The notes under the pieces were generated by a model. It had not been told where the DNA came from, did no database searches, and saw only the letters and a program-made list of their open reading frames with translations. This document shows, one piece after another, positions 1 through 10,096 of a DNA stretch of 64,000 nucleotides. The stretch's first letter is position 1, and each line of letters opens with the position of its first letter. This stretch comes from an uncultured Gemmatimonadales bacterium (lineage in GTDB: Bacteria; Gemmatimonadota; Gemmatimonadetes; Gemmatimonadales; Gemmatimonadaceae). The position numbers and the translations under genes were made by a program. The DNA lies in contig OY969695.1 of NCBI GenBank assembly GCA_963701965.1, forward strand, positions 224,001 to 288,000. Reading direction: 5' to 3'.

Positions 1-310
1 CCCAAGCACCCAAGTTACCCAGTGAGGTCAGCGTATCTGCCCGGCGCTCCGGCGCCAGCCAGTACTGCTTGTTCGGCAAATTGACGAATTGCACTGGCAG
101 GCGAGAAGCGAGCCGGCCCACGAAGAAGATGAGCGACGGCACGGTGAGCACGAGAACCAACATGAAGGTCACGTACTGACCGCGCGGCATGAAGCCATTG
201 GCAGCGCCGCCCACGGCGAAATGCGAAGCAACCAGCTCCGGCAAAGCGCTCGAACTCCACCCCACGAAGCCAGCGCCAAGCGCGAGGACGAGGAAGAAGG
301 GCTTGTGCAT
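1..310 (-). CDS. Membrane protein, DUF1648-like (partial, runs off window)
   Basis: Own translation: MHKPFFLVLALGAGFVGWSSSALPELVASHFAVGGAANGFMPR...VNLPNKQYWLAPERR. Confidence 0.65.
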   Translation of the reverse strand, partial: MHKPFFLVLALGAGFVGWSSSALPELVASHFAVGGAANGFMPRGQYVTFMLVLVLTVPSLIFFVGRLASRLPVQFVNLPNKQYWLAPERRADTLTSLGNLGAW

Positions 311-322
311 GCGATGGATGGG

Positions 323-861
323 TTAGGCGTGCTTGCGGACAAGGCGAGTGACCGTATTCCAGCTTCGCGTGGTAGCCGGTAGCCCCGGGAGCTCCTCCAA
401 GAGCATATTCGGACTGCCCGGAGTCTTACCGATCTTGCGGCTGAGACCGAAAGCCTCGCCTGCGGCGAATCGCAGAACGTCGACGGCTTGGCGCTTCGCA
501 TCCGCTGGCACCTCCGACGGAACAGTCGCGTTCGGATGCAAAAATGACGCGCAGCACTCGTGGATCAGACTCCTGTCGACGAGAGCAAACGGGTCGCCGG
601 CGACGACGCTGGCCAAGTAAGGAACCGAACGTACGAAAGCAGGTTCAGCAGGCCACACTGTGCCGTCAGGAGCGCGCGTGCTGTCAGCAAGACTTTGCGA
701 TGGCCCAATCTCGTGCCCGTGGAGAAGACGAGCGTTCCATTGGCAAGGAACGACGCAGCTTCGCGTGCGCCGCATCCAAGAACGCCCTTTCGGAGTTGAA
801 CCTTGCTCGGGCAGTTCTTGCGCCCGAGGTTCAGGTTTCGAAAGAAGGCTGCGTACTTCAC
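323..861 (-). CDS. DUF1697 family protein (frameshifted)
   Basis: N-term MKYAAFFRNLNLG, FLANGTLVF and C-term ATTRSWNTVTRL lie in different frames. Confidence 0.75.
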
Positions 862-887
862 TCTACGAATTCAAGCGCGCCTAACCT

Positions 888-1337
888 TCAAGGACTCTCG
901 AAGGAGCGTGCCGTGATCTCTTCCTCCGGAGTGAGCGGCATCGACCAGACGTCATTGGCATGCTGCGTGTCGAGATACTCCCTCACGGACGAGATCTGCC
1001 CGTTCCTGAAGGTCAGCAACACGTGGTACTGCTGCCGATAGAAGCGCCCGTTCTTGAGGTCGCCGCGGGATTCGACCTCGAGCGCTACGCGATCCGACTC
1101 GGCAATGCACGAAATGACGGTCATCGTCAGATTGCCCTTCAGCGCGCCGACCATCCGCCCGAATAGCCGACCGATCCTGTCTTTCGAATAGAGTCCCGCG
1201 GCCGGCGACCGCTCCTTCTCCCCCGGTATCCACCAGGTTGCATCCTCGGTCATAGTGTCCAGCGAGCCTGCAATATCGCCGGCGCTGAATCGCTCGAAGA
1301 ACGCGAAGGCAACCGCCTTGTTCTCTTCCGGGCTCAT
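888..1337 (-). CDS. SnoaL/NTF2-like (ketosteroid isomerase-like) protein
   Basis: MSPEENKAVAFAFF...DATWWIPG...GQISSVREYLDT. Confidence 0.85.
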   Translation of the reverse strand: MSPEENKAVAFAFFERFSAGDIAGSLDTMTEDATWWIPGEKERSPAAGLYSKDRIGRLFGRMVGALKGNLTMTVISCIAESDRVALEVESRGDLKNGRFYRQQYHVLLTFRNGQISSVREYLDTQHANDVWSMPLTPEEEITARSFESP

Positions 1338-1449
1338 GGCGTTCCTTTGTGTCCGAACTCGCATTGCACAGGTCCGCGGATGGAGCGGTTGGACAGCAGG
1401 CCGCGCGGCGCCAAATGGCGAGCCAGGTCACCGTCCGTTGCGATTCCGG

Positions 1450-1824
1450 TCACTCTCGATCCTCCTCGTACTGCTCGGCTTCCCCGACCGGTCGCAGCCA
1501 CGGCTCGCGGCGTTTGATCCAAAGCTCATAGCTCGGCACAAGAGGCGTGGGGGCCTTTGACAGGATCCCGAGCTTGATTTCCGCCTCTCGCTCATCGGCG
1601 GAGAACAATCGCGACCCACAGCGAGGACAGAAGTTTCGACCGTTGAATTCGGATGTTTCACCCACGCGCTCAAACTGGTGGGCGGGCCAGACACCATAGA
1701 AGGTAAAGGCCGAACCACTTTCTTGTCGGCAGTCGGTGCAGTGGCAGATGCCGACGCGAAGGGGTTCGCCGCGAACGGAAATCTGCACCCCGCCGCAAAG
1801 GCATTGACCCGAAAGCACCGTCAT
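1450..1824 (-). CDS. GFA (Mss4-like) family protein
   Basis: GQCLCGGV, CHCTDCR, FCPRCGS motifs. Confidence 0.9.
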   Translation of the reverse strand: MTVLSGQCLCGGVQISVRGEPLRVGICHCTDCRQESGSAFTFYGVWPAHQFERVGETSEFNGRNFCPRCGSRLFSADEREAEIKLGILSKAPTPLVPSYELWIKRREPWLRPVGEAEQYEEDRE

Positions 1825-1915
1825 GGCTGATCCCTGTCTTGTCTGGTGTTCCTTGCCAATATACGGCGCGGCCGCGCATCCGTTCCGCAATCGCTGCGCC
1901 TAGGCTGACCGAGCG

Positions 1916-2251
1916 CTACCGTTGTGCAAGCGGGCCGACGCCAAACAGGCGCAGAAAGCACGCCGCCGACCAGACCAGCCCGCCGAGCGCCACCTGGAGC
2001 TTCCTTGCAACGGATGCACGAAGCCCGCGAACGGGAGCCGCTTCGAAGAAGGCAGGGGTGTTTCGTTCGAAAGCGTAGTGACCCGCCCAGGAAATCAGAA
2101 AGCCACTCGCGATGAGCGCGAGGCCCAGGAGCGGACGCCAGAGCAGCAGGATGCCCGCCAGCGCAGTGGCGTGCGCCAAGTGATGCACGTATCGATTGGC
2201 GCGGTTCTGATGCGCCCGTTCGTAGTAGCTGAGAAATGCGGTGAGGCTCAC
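1916..2251 (-). CDS. Mpo1/DUF962-like membrane protein
   Basis: YYERAHQNRANRYVH...SWAGHYAFERNTPAFF. Confidence 0.75.
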   Translation of the reverse strand: MSLTAFLSYYERAHQNRANRYVHHLAHATALAGILLLWRPLLGLALIASGFLISWAGHYAFERNTPAFFEAAPVRGLRASVARKLQVALGGLVWSAACFLRLFGVGPLAQR

Positions 2252-2294
2252 TTTTGACTTGCGCCTTTGGGACTATGCCCGCTCGATGGAGCGG

Positions 2295-2696
2295 TCAGCA
2301 TTGACTTTGCCGGCGAGCTCGTTGCATTGCAACAGGCGAGGCACGGAAGCCAAGTTTGGCGAAGAACTCCGCGGTACCTTCGCGGCCGGCGCGCAGCACC
2401 CAGGTGACCTCGGGCGAGCCTGCGGTCACGTGCGCGACCAAGGCCGAGCCGACACCCTTGCGCCGATGCTGGGGAGCCACCGCAACCATGGAAAGATAGC
2501 CGTTGCTCAGGCCATCCGTGATGGCACGTGCGAAGCCGATGATCTCCGAGCCAGCGACGGCAACCGCCGTACGCTGCGAGTTGCGAATCAGCGTGGCAAA
2601 GCGCCGCGAATCTCCGACCCGATGCGACCAACCGTTGGCCACGAGGAAGCCACGAACCGCTTCGACCTGCGAAGGATCGAGATCGACTACGTGCAT
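2295..2696 (-). CDS. GNAT acetyltransferase
   Basis: VAVAPQHRRKGVGSAL; FFAKLGF. Confidence 0.9.
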   Translation of the reverse strand: MHVVDLDPSQVEAVRGFLVANGWSHRVGDSRRFATLIRNSQRTAVAVAGSEIIGFARAITDGLSNGYLSMVAVAPQHRRKGVGSALVAHVTAGSPEVTWVLRAGREGTAEFFAKLGFRASPVAMQRARRQSQC

Positions 2697-2699
2697 GGG

Positions 2700-2774
2700 A
2701 CCCAAGGTTTGACATGAGCGGCGGCCGGCAGCAAGCAACGCTTGCCGAACGTCCACTGGATGCAGGGGTCAGGC
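2700..2774 (-). other. attC site (degenerate cores)
   Basis: + strand CCCAAGGTTTGACATGAGCGG...GTCCACTGGATGCAGGGGTCAGGC, a variant of the array consensus. Confidence 0.8.
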
Positions 2775-3178
2775 ACCAGACCCACGGAGGCCGGCGCTGA
2801 TTGCGCCGTGCTCGTACGAGGTGATCTCGAAGGGATTTCCATCGGGGTCTTCGAAGTACAGCGACCAAGAGAACTCATGGTCGACCGGTTCGAGCTTGCG
2901 ACCGAGCGCCGACTCGAGATGCGTCAGCCACGAGAGGAACTCTACGCCGCTGGCCCCCAGGGCCACGACGGACCGGCAGCTCTGGCGCGGCCTCTCGAAG
3001 AGCGCCAGTTGGACTCGGTCCGATTTGTCGGCGACCGTCAGCGGTCCGCCGCCGGCGGCCCATGATTCGAGAGCAGAGGCGCGCACCAGCCCAAGGACCC
3101 GTGATACCAGGCTTCCGCGGCGAGGCGGTCAGGTACGAAGACGTGTACATGGTCGACGCCGGTGACCTTTGGAGTCAT
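2769..3178 (-). CDS. VOC/glyoxalase family protein (frameshifted)
   Basis: GVDHVHVFVPDRLAAEAWY and SLYFEDPDGNPFEI in different frames. Confidence 0.8.
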
Positions 3179-3225
3179 GGGGGGTCCTTGAATGGGTGCG
3201 GCCAACGCTCTCGCGCGAAACGAGA

Positions 3226-3816
3226 CTACCGAGCACGCGCATATCGACACACCTGCGCGCCTGTGCCGGCCTTGACGCTCGACTCCAGCGTGAACGGCAT
3301 CGCCTTTCCGTTTTCGGCGAAGATCGTTTTCCCTCCACCGAGAATGATCGGCTCAATCGTGAGCAGCAACTCGTCGACAAGGTCAGCGTCGAGCAATGAC
3401 CGAACCATCGCCGAGCTGCCGTAAACGTAGATGTAGCCGCCCGGCCGCGCGCGCAGATCGGACACCGCTTTTACGCGATCATCGCCGCGGATGATCGTCG
3501 TCGGGTTCCACGAAACGTCCTTCTCGGTGAGCGTATTGGACACCACGTACTTCTGCACGCGGTTGATCCAGTCCGAGAATGAGTCTCCCGAGCGACCGGG
3601 CCAAGCGGCGGCCGAGGCTTGATAAGTGCGGCGTCCTTGCAAAAGTACGTCGCTGTGCTTGGCGAGTTCGGAATACGCGCCACCCATGACGACCGGGTCG
3701 AAGTACCTCATCGACCATCCGCCGTGATTGAAACCGCCGTCGGTATCCTCGCTCGCTCCGCCGGGAGCCTGCACGACACCGTCGAGGCTGATGAACTCGG
3801 TGATGAGCGTCTTCAT
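3226..3816 (-). CDS. Dihydrofolate reductase-like (RibD C-terminal) protein
   Basis: FISLDGVVQAPG, LLQGRRTY, DLVDELLL...PIILGGGK. Confidence 0.9.
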   Translation of the reverse strand: MKTLITEFISLDGVVQAPGGASEDTDGGFNHGGWSMRYFDPVVMGGAYSELAKHSDVLLQGRRTYQASAAAWPGRSGDSFSDWINRVQKYVVSNTLTEKDVSWNPTTIIRGDDRVKAVSDLRARPGGYIYVYGSSAMVRSLLDADLVDELLLTIEPIILGGGKTIFAENGKAMPFTLESSVKAGTGAQVCRYARAR

Positions 3817-3870
3817 GGATTCTCCGATCGCGAGGCCAGCTTGCCGGAGGACGTCCGCTCGATGGAATGG

Positions 3871-4530
3871 TCAGGCGTCACTCGTCGCTCGCCTGAGCGC
3901 CTCGGCGGCCCATGCCTTCGTGGCCTGACAGGTCTCCGTGGCGCGCTTGTAGGCTTCTCGCCCGCTGGTGCGGGCCACATAGGCCTGCTCTACCTCGCCG
4001 AGGACGGCGGCGCCACTTCTTCGCGCCAACTCCAAGGCGTAAGTCACAGAGATATCGGCCGCCGTGAATGCATCACCCGCAAGACATGGCGAGCTCGCGA
4101 GCCGCCGGGTCACCAACCCCAGCCGGCTCTCAAAGACTTCCAGCGCCTTGGCGGCGCCCCAGTTCTGCCGTTCGGATTCAGGCGCGAGGTTGCGGCTGAC
4201 GACCACGAAGTAAATGGAGGCGGCGAGGCCGGCTTCTCCGAGGTGCAGGAACTGTTGATATGCGGGGAAGGTGGGATCGTGCGGGTCCGGCGCAAGCGGC
4301 GTCGGTCCGTAGCGAGCGATCAGGTACTCCATGATCGCAATCGATTCGACCATGGTGAGGTCGCCGTCCTGGATCGCCGGGATGAACCCGGCGGGGTTGA
4401 CCGCCAGGAGCTCCGTGTCGTCCTCGACGCCGGCTATCAGGTCCACCGGCCTCAGCCGGTACGCAAGCCCCGTCTCCTCCAGCAGCCATACGACCCGGAA
4501 CCCTCTCCCTTCGCCGAAAACGGTGATCAT
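3871..4530 (-). CDS. Glutathione S-transferase
   Basis: RVVWLLEE, NPAGFIPAI, ESIAIMEYL, FTAADI. Confidence 0.92.
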   Translation of the reverse strand: MITVFGEGRGFRVVWLLEETGLAYRLRPVDLIAGVEDDTELLAVNPAGFIPAIQDGDLTMVESIAIMEYLIARYGPTPLAPDPHDPTFPAYQQFLHLGEAGLAASIYFVVVSRNLAPESERQNWGAAKALEVFESRLGLVTRRLASSPCLAGDAFTAADISVTYALELARRSGAAVLGEVEQAYVARTSGREAYKRATETCQATKAWAAEALRRATSDA

Positions 4531-4572
4531 GTCCGCGGCTCCTTATGCGCCAGGGGTTAGACGTCGCCGCGT

Positions 4573-4962
4573 TCACTGACTGGATTTGAGCATTGCGGCC
4601 ATTCGTTCATGAATGGCATTGATCGCCTTGAGCGGCCTGAGCATGACCTTGAATTCGACGATTTGCCCAGCACCGTTCCACTTGATGAGGTCGACTCCAT
4701 TGACGAGCACTCCGTCGATCTCGGTTTCGAATTCCAGCATGGCATCCGAAGGACCGACGATCTCCCGTACATAGTGAAAGGTTGGGTTGAAGAACACTTG
4801 GAAGGCCGCACCCAGATACCAGGCTGCAAGCTTCCTCCCGCGCTGCGGTGTGTGGACGACGGGCGAATAGAAGATCGCGTCTTCCGCGAGTAGCGCGTTC
4901 AGCCCAGAGGGATCTTGGGTGCGCACCAGGCGATGCCAAGTGTCGAGAGCGTTATCGGTCAT
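4573..4962 (-). CDS. SnoaL/NTF2-like protein
   Basis: LLAEDAIFYSPVVHTPQRG...NGVDLI...EFKVMLRPLKA. Confidence 0.85.
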   Translation of the reverse strand: MTDNALDTWHRLVRTQDPSGLNALLAEDAIFYSPVVHTPQRGRKLAAWYLGAAFQVFFNPTFHYVREIVGPSDAMLEFETEIDGVLVNGVDLIKWNGAGQIVEFKVMLRPLKAINAIHERMAAMLKSSQ

Positions 4963-5159
4963 CGCGTACCTCTGCGATTCAAGTGTCGTCCGACGTTCTA
5001 CATCATCGGCGGCCCAGAAGGCGTGAGGCGGTCTTTGCGAGTGCCGTGAAAGCAGAACTTGGTAGCTCTAGGCGTGACGGCCAGGCCGCTGACACTTCGG
5101 CTTGGTTCATCGCGACTTGTGCGAGCCGGGACGCGCCTGCTCACCGCAGAAGAACGACT

Positions 5160-5675
5160 TCAACCCGAGAAGGTACGAAACAGAACATAGCCGATCATGC
5201 CGAGGTTCATGTACGCCGTGGCGGCCATGCCGGGAGCGCGATAGAGCGGGTTGAGCCTGTAACCGATCCAGAAGCCGGCACGGGCAAGGACAAAGACGAT
5301 TGCACAGGCCCAGACGACTTGCAGATGCTGCGACGGAACGACCGTGCTGAGCGCGAGCGACGCGATGGCGAACAAGAAGTTCTGCTGCAACGTGTTGTCG
5401 ACTACGCGGCCATCGACCTCCATCGATCGACTTTCTGCATGCCGGGTGGGGTCTATCGCCTCGCTCAAGAAGCGGGAATTGCCGACGGTGGCAATCATGA
5501 TGAAGAGGGGCAGCATGGCGAAGACATTGGCCCGCAGGGCATAGGCCAATCGTTCCGCAAGCATGTCTGCGACGCTTGGGGTCGGCAACGTCTTGGTGAG
5601 TATCCACACGCTCAACGCCATCAAGATGACCCCGCTCGCAGCACCGATCGCGACAACCCGTTGGTCGGATTTCAT
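5160..5675 (-). CDS. MAPEG family membrane protein
   Basis: NTLQQ...FVLARAGFWIGY. Confidence 0.75.
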   Translation of the reverse strand: MKSDQRVVAIGAASGVILMALSVWILTKTLPTPSVADMLAERLAYALRANVFAMLPLFIMIATVGNSRFLSEAIDPTRHAESRSMEVDGRVVDNTLQQNFLFAIASLALSTVVPSQHLQVVWACAIVFVLARAGFWIGYRLNPLYRAPGMAATAYMNLGMIGYVLFRTFSG

Positions 5676-5677
5676 GA

Positions 5678-6106
5678 CTAATCCGATCTCGCTTTGCACT
5701 TCGGGCTTCGAGCTGTCGGCCTCGGCGCACGGACTGGACTAGGCAGCAACGTCAATGCCGATGATCTCGTACACGTTCCCGTCAGGCGCGATGAAGTGCT
5801 GCCATACCTTGCCCGATGCGCGTTGTGGCTCCGGGTGACGAACTCGATGCTCGCGCCAAGCAATCGGGCGCGCGCAATTGCGAAGTCTTCGACTTCGAGG
5901 GCGACGACCGGACCGCCCCCAAAGAATTCATGATCTTGGTCAAGCGGACCATAGATGTGAACTTCGGTCCCATCGCCCAGCTTGAATCGGCCGGACTTGT
6001 CGTCCATCGACAGAGTGTCCAGATTCAACACGTCGCGGTAGAACGCGTTCATCTCGTCGAACTGTCGTGTCTTGACTCCCATCCAACCCAGCCGCGCTAC
6101 TTTCAT
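5678..6106 (-). CDS. VOC/glyoxalase family protein (C-terminal frameshift likely)
   Basis: AFYRDVLNL, VALEVED; APDGNVYEI in an alternate frame. Confidence 0.75.
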   Translation of the reverse strand: MKVARLGWMGVKTRQFDEMNAFYRDVLNLDTLSMDDKSGRFKLGDGTEVHIYGPLDQDHEFFGGGPVVALEVEDFAIARARLLGASIEFVTRSHNAHRARYGSTSSRLTGTCTRSSALTLLPSPVRAPRPTARSPKCKARSD

Positions 6107-6148
6107 TCGAAACCTCGGGAGGGCCTAACGTTTGGGCGAATGTCTTCA

Positions 6149-6349
6149 TTACTCGTCAAGGAGGCCTGCTTTGTAGAAGCTCCAAGCAGTTCCGTCGTGC
6201 AGGTAGAAGTGGCCGTCTGTGCAGAAGTCCTTGCCGGGGAAGAACTCGCGGTAGGCGCGGGGCACAAGACGCGCAAGCTGTTCGTCTGTGAGTTCGTCGA
6301 ATTGTTCGGGGGCGATCGGTTGCCCAACCCTGAGTCTTCGTGATTCCAT
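6149..6349 (-). CDS. Small hypothetical cassette protein (66 aa)
   Basis: ORF fills the space between an attC and a core-site remnant. Confidence 0.65.
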   Translation of the reverse strand: MESRRLRVGQPIAPEQFDELTDEQLARLVPRAYREFFPGKDFCTDGHFYLHDGTAWSFYKAGLLDE

Positions 6350-6368
6350 GGCTGATTCGGTGCTGAGG

Positions 6369-6446
6369 TTCTAACGTTCGGCATGCGAGGCGGCCGGGGG
6401 CCGGCGAAGCTGGCGGGAGGGCGTCCGCTCGATAGAGGGGCTAGGC
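6369..6446 (-). other. attC site
   Basis: TTCTAAC...CGTCCGCTCGATAGAGGG-GCTAGGC. Confidence 0.85.
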
Positions 6447-6893
6447 ATCGCGCCCGCTGGGCCCGCCAGAAGCTCTTCTTCGCGCGAACGCGGGCACCTC
6501 CGGATCTGGACGATCCCATGGTTGCGCACTTGCCAGCCAGACATTCGCGTTGGGCTTGTACCAGCTCGAATCGTCCAGGCTCGACGCCTTCACACCGATT
6601 CGCTCCACGCTGCCCGAGCTCACGGCGAACAGCGGTGTACCGCATACCGCCCAATAGCTCCGCCTGACAGTGTTGCCACTGTCGGCGAGCTTGTCGAAGA
6701 CCGCCGGTGTCCCCTCTGTGAGTCGGACTGCCTCACGCGACGTGACGACGGTCGCTGAGAAGGCGCTGCCGCTTGCCATCTGGCAATCCCGGCAGTGGCA
6801 ATTCACCATCCGAAGCGGCGTGGCGAGGCATTCGTAGCGCACCGCATCGCACGCACAGCCACCGGGAAATGGAACAGCGACGACTGCTGCCAC
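6441..6893 (-). CDS. GFA family protein
   Basis: GGCACDAVRY, CHCRDCQ, VCGTPL. Confidence 0.88.
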   Translation of the reverse strand: MAAVVAVPFPGGCACDAVRYECLATPLRMVNCHCRDCQMASGSAFSATVVTSREAVRLTEGTPAVFDKLADSGNTVRRSYWAVCGTPLFAVSSGSVERIGVKASSLDDSSWYKPNANVWLASAQPWDRPDPEVPAFARRRASGGPSGRDA

Positions 6894-6898
6894 GTGGC

Positions 6899-6976
6899 GC
6901 CTATCGTTCGACACGAGCGGCGGCCGGAAGCCAGCGTAGCTGGCCGGAGGACGTCCGCTCGACGGAGGCGTTAGGT
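6899..6976 (-). other. attC site
   Basis: GCCTATCGTTCGACACGAGCGG...CCGCTCGACGGAGGCGTTAGGT. Confidence 0.88.
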
Positions 6977-7460
6977 TTCGCCGCGCGATTCCGGCACACG
7001 CCTGACCGAGCAAGAAAAGCAGCCACGCTTTGCATTGTGGAGATGAATGTAGCGACGAGCGGATTGCCGAATTGACGCTCGATCTCTGCTCCGACTTCCG
7101 AGCCGGCGCACACCTCGGCGCCGACCATCATGTGCGACCTGTCGTAAGCACGCACCGCGATTTGCCGGAGACTGACGTACTCGGGAATCCTGCCAGCAGC
7201 GAGGGCTCGTTGTGGCGCGCCCGCCCTGACGTAGAGGAGACCGGATGCGCGGTACGGCGAGTTCTCTGTCTGGTGCTCGAACGAAAGCAGCAGCCGCTCC
7301 TCACCAGGCTCAGCGTCGGCGAGGCTGACTCGGCAAGGAACCCCGGCTTGGTAGTCGCTTTGACGCGCACAGCTCCTTGCCGATTGAGCTCCTCGGGCGA
7401 AAGCGCGAACAGCGAAGCGAAGCGAGTGGGCGAGAGACCGACGAGCTGAAACGAAGGCAT
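6971..7460 (-). CDS. DUF1203 family protein (frameshifted)
   Basis: PCRVSLADAEPGE, SPYRASG, VRAYD, IHLHNAKRGCF across frames. Confidence 0.8.
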
Positions 7461-7721
7461 GGCTGAGACCCCGTGGGCGTGGTTTGCGCAACACCACATC
7501 TGCTGCTCGCCGAAACCGGACACGTCTTCTCTTCGGCGGTGGCCTGGTGCCGCCGGTTCCTGTTGCGTGGCGTGATCCTTGGCACGAGAGCCGGGGAGCG
7601 CAACTGCCAGAGCGGCGATTGCGAGCAAGACCGTCGCTACCGGAAGCGTGGCCAGAGCAACCCACGTTTCGAACACCATCCCGAAGCTGCCCGACGACGG
7701 AAAGGAAGGCCGTCGCCGCTG

Positions 7722-8666
7722 CTATCCAGCCGCGAAGCCGATTGCTAGCAGCGCGGCGTACACGAACGTCAGCATCGCTGCTCTGGCGGTCATCGGCTCG
7801 AGGGTCGGCTCGTCCTCGTGAGTCAGGACGATTGGCAGGATCCGCAACGCGAGGGGCAATGTCACGAGGGGAAGCAGGACCCATGCACCGTATCCCCCGA
7901 GGCTCCAGAGCACGAGGGGCGCGAGATAGGCAAGCAACGAGAAGAGGCAGTAGGCCAGCCGGCTTCCCGTGGGACCGAAGCGGACCGCCAGCGTGCGCCA
8001 TCCCTTGCTCGCGTCGAACTGTCGGTCCTCGAGGTCGTCGATGAGGAGGATGTTGGTCACGAGCGCGCCTACCGGCAGCCCGGCGAAGAATGCCGCAGGA
8101 GGCAGCGCCGCCAGGCTGGGCACGGACTGCGAGGCCGCTGCCGCGAGCCACGCGATCTGCGCGTAGTAGGTTCCCGCGACGGCGACGATCCCGAACATCG
8201 CGAAGAATACTGGCTCGGCGATGCCGAGCTTTGTGTAGGGACGCGGGCCCGCCGAGTACCCGAAGCTTGCGACCACGCCAACGACGCCGAGCACGATCGC
8301 CGGCACTCCGCCCACGACCAGGAAGCACACCGCGATCGGGACCGTGAGCAGGAGGCACGCGGCGATCGCGACCTTCACCTGGCCGAGGGTGAGCGTGCCA
8401 TCCTGCAGGGCGTTCGTGAGATCGGGATGCTCGACCGCTTGCGGATACCGGCGCAGCAGCTCGTGGGTGTCGGTGAAGAGGCCGGCGAGATGGATGAGCC
8501 AGCTACCCAGGAAAGCGAGCACGACCGCCATTGGCGCAAACACGTGATCGCGCGCCGCCAGTGCGGCTCCGACCATCACCGGCGCCGCCGCGATCGGCAA
8601 CGTATGGGTCGGGTAGAGCAGCAGGTCGACCCAGATGTGCTTGCGCATCGGCGTCGCCCTGCTCAT
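7722..8666 (-). CDS. UbiA-family prenyltransferase (MenA-like)
   Basis: FGYSAGP..Y...G, NILLIDDLEDRQFDASKGWRTLAVRFG. Confidence 0.85.
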   Translation of the reverse strand: MSRATPMRKHIWVDLLLYPTHTLPIAAAPVMVGAALAARDHVFAPMAVVLAFLGSWLIHLAGLFTDTHELLRRYPQAVEHPDLTNALQDGTLTLGQVKVAIAACLLLTVPIAVCFLVVGGVPAIVLGVVGVVASFGYSAGPRPYTKLGIAEPVFFAMFGIVAVAGTYYAQIAWLAAAASQSVPSLAALPPAAFFAGLPVGALVTNILLIDDLEDRQFDASKGWRTLAVRFGPTGSRLAYCLFSLLAYLAPLVLWSLGGYGAWVLLPLVTLPLALRILPIVLTHEDEPTLEPMTARAAMLTFVYAALLAIGFAAG

Positions 8667-8779
8667 CGGATGCCTCATGCCCCGATTGGAGCAGTTGATG
8701 GAACATGCGGATTTGTCCTGAATCAACGCACCGCTTCGGCTTTGCATGTCCGATTGACGGAGGGGTTAGATACCTTTCG

Positions 8780-9571
8780 CTATCTCGCCGAGATCCAGGC
8801 GGCAATTTGCTGGACAACCTCGCGCTCTAAGCCGTTAAAGCCGTGGTACGCAAGGGCCTCGCAGGGATCGCCTCTGTTCTCGCCGCCCTTGAACGATAGC
8901 AACTGAGTCCTCGGTGCATTTCCTAGCTTCCCCATCAGGACAGGCACCTTCGAGAAAGAGCAATGCTCGCACTCGTCTTGTTCGTGGTGTACCACCAGTA
9001 CGGGGACGCGGATCTTGTCCAGCGGCATAGCCGGTACCGGGCGGTTGCCTTTGGAGTCTGTGAGTATGGTTGACGTGAGAACTAGCCCATCCGGCCCGTC
9101 ACGACCAGCAAGCTCAGTGGCGACGTAGGCCACCGACTGGGTGCCACGGCTGGTACCGACGAGCCACACAGGAGCCTTTGCGTTTTCTCGCAACCAACCG
9201 ATGGCCGCCTTGACGTCTGCGGCGTGTTCCGGCCTCTGGCGGAACCCTGAAAGGAAAGGCGGAGACTGACGATCGGATGGGGCATCAATGACAGCAACCG
9301 TCAAGCCCGCGTCAGCGAACAGTTGGCGTGTTCGAACAAGGAAGTTTCCCTCACCCCACTTCATCGAGCCGTTCGGGAAGATCTGCAGACCTCCATGACC
9401 ACCGGCGAAAAGGATGACCGCTGCTTTCGGCTCAGGAGACGAAAGCACGATCATGCGTTGCGTGACGCCGGGTCGAGTCGGAATATCTACCACCTTCTGC
9501 GTTGTCTGGGCTTGCCCGGAGGAAAGCAACGCGAACAGAGCCGCCGCGAAAAGGGGTTTGAGTTCGCGCAT
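8780..9571 (-). CDS. Secreted alpha/beta hydrolase
   Basis: Signal peptide; WLVGTSRGT; VVHHEQD; YHGFNG. Confidence 0.85.
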   Translation of the reverse strand: MRELKPLFAAALFALLSSGQAQTTQKVVDIPTRPGVTQRMIVLSSPEPKAAVILFAGGHGGLQIFPNGSMKWGEGNFLVRTRQLFADAGLTVAVIDAPSDRQSPPFLSGFRQRPEHAADVKAAIGWLRENAKAPVWLVGTSRGTQSVAYVATELAGRDGPDGLVLTSTILTDSKGNRPVPAMPLDKIRVPVLVVHHEQDECEHCSFSKVPVLMGKLGNAPRTQLLSFKGGENRGDPCEALAYHGFNGLEREVVQQIAAWISAR

Positions 9572-9588
9572 GAGTCTGGTACGCGGCG

Positions 9589-10068
9589 TCAGTACGGAGT
9601 GCCGTCCTTGTGGGCAAACTGAGCCTTGCCGTCAGCTCTGACGAATTGCAAATCGTCATCCGGGAATGTCACTTGCTCATCTGGTGTTCGATCCCCAATC
9701 TCCAGGTACAGCACTTCCTCTGTGGTCTCGTTGAGCAAGTGGTGGGAGTTCCCCGTTCCAGCTCTGAACCCGGCACACATCCCGGGGGCCAGTCGAACTC
9801 GACCTTGATCAGTGTGCAAAGTCGGGTGGCCAGAGACGACGTAGACGAGCTCGTCCTGCTTCGCGTGTGAATGGCGCAGCGAGGAAACGGCATTCGGAGC
9901 GAGGCGCGTCAGATTGACGCCGAAGTTCTTGAGGCCGAAGAACTCGCCGAGTTGACGCTTCTGTCTGCCATCCACGCGCGAGAGGAACGGTTCAGGATAG
10001 AACGAGACCGCCGCGCGGACAGGTATGTCAAGGGCACTGATCGCGATCGGCGGCAAGAAGGATGACAT
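9589..10068 (-). CDS. Cupin domain protein
   Basis: FGVNLTRLAP...HSHAKQDELVYV...HHLLN; GGAGG RBS. Confidence 0.9.
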   Translation of the reverse strand: MSSFLPPIAISALDIPVRAAVSFYPEPFLSRVDGRQKRQLGEFFGLKNFGVNLTRLAPNAVSSLRHSHAKQDELVYVVSGHPTLHTDQGRVRLAPGMCAGFRAGTGNSHHLLNETTEEVLYLEIGDRTPDEQVTFPDDDLQFVRADGKAQFAHKDGTPY

Positions 10069-10096
10069 GGATACCTCCGGACACTGCATTCGTTGG

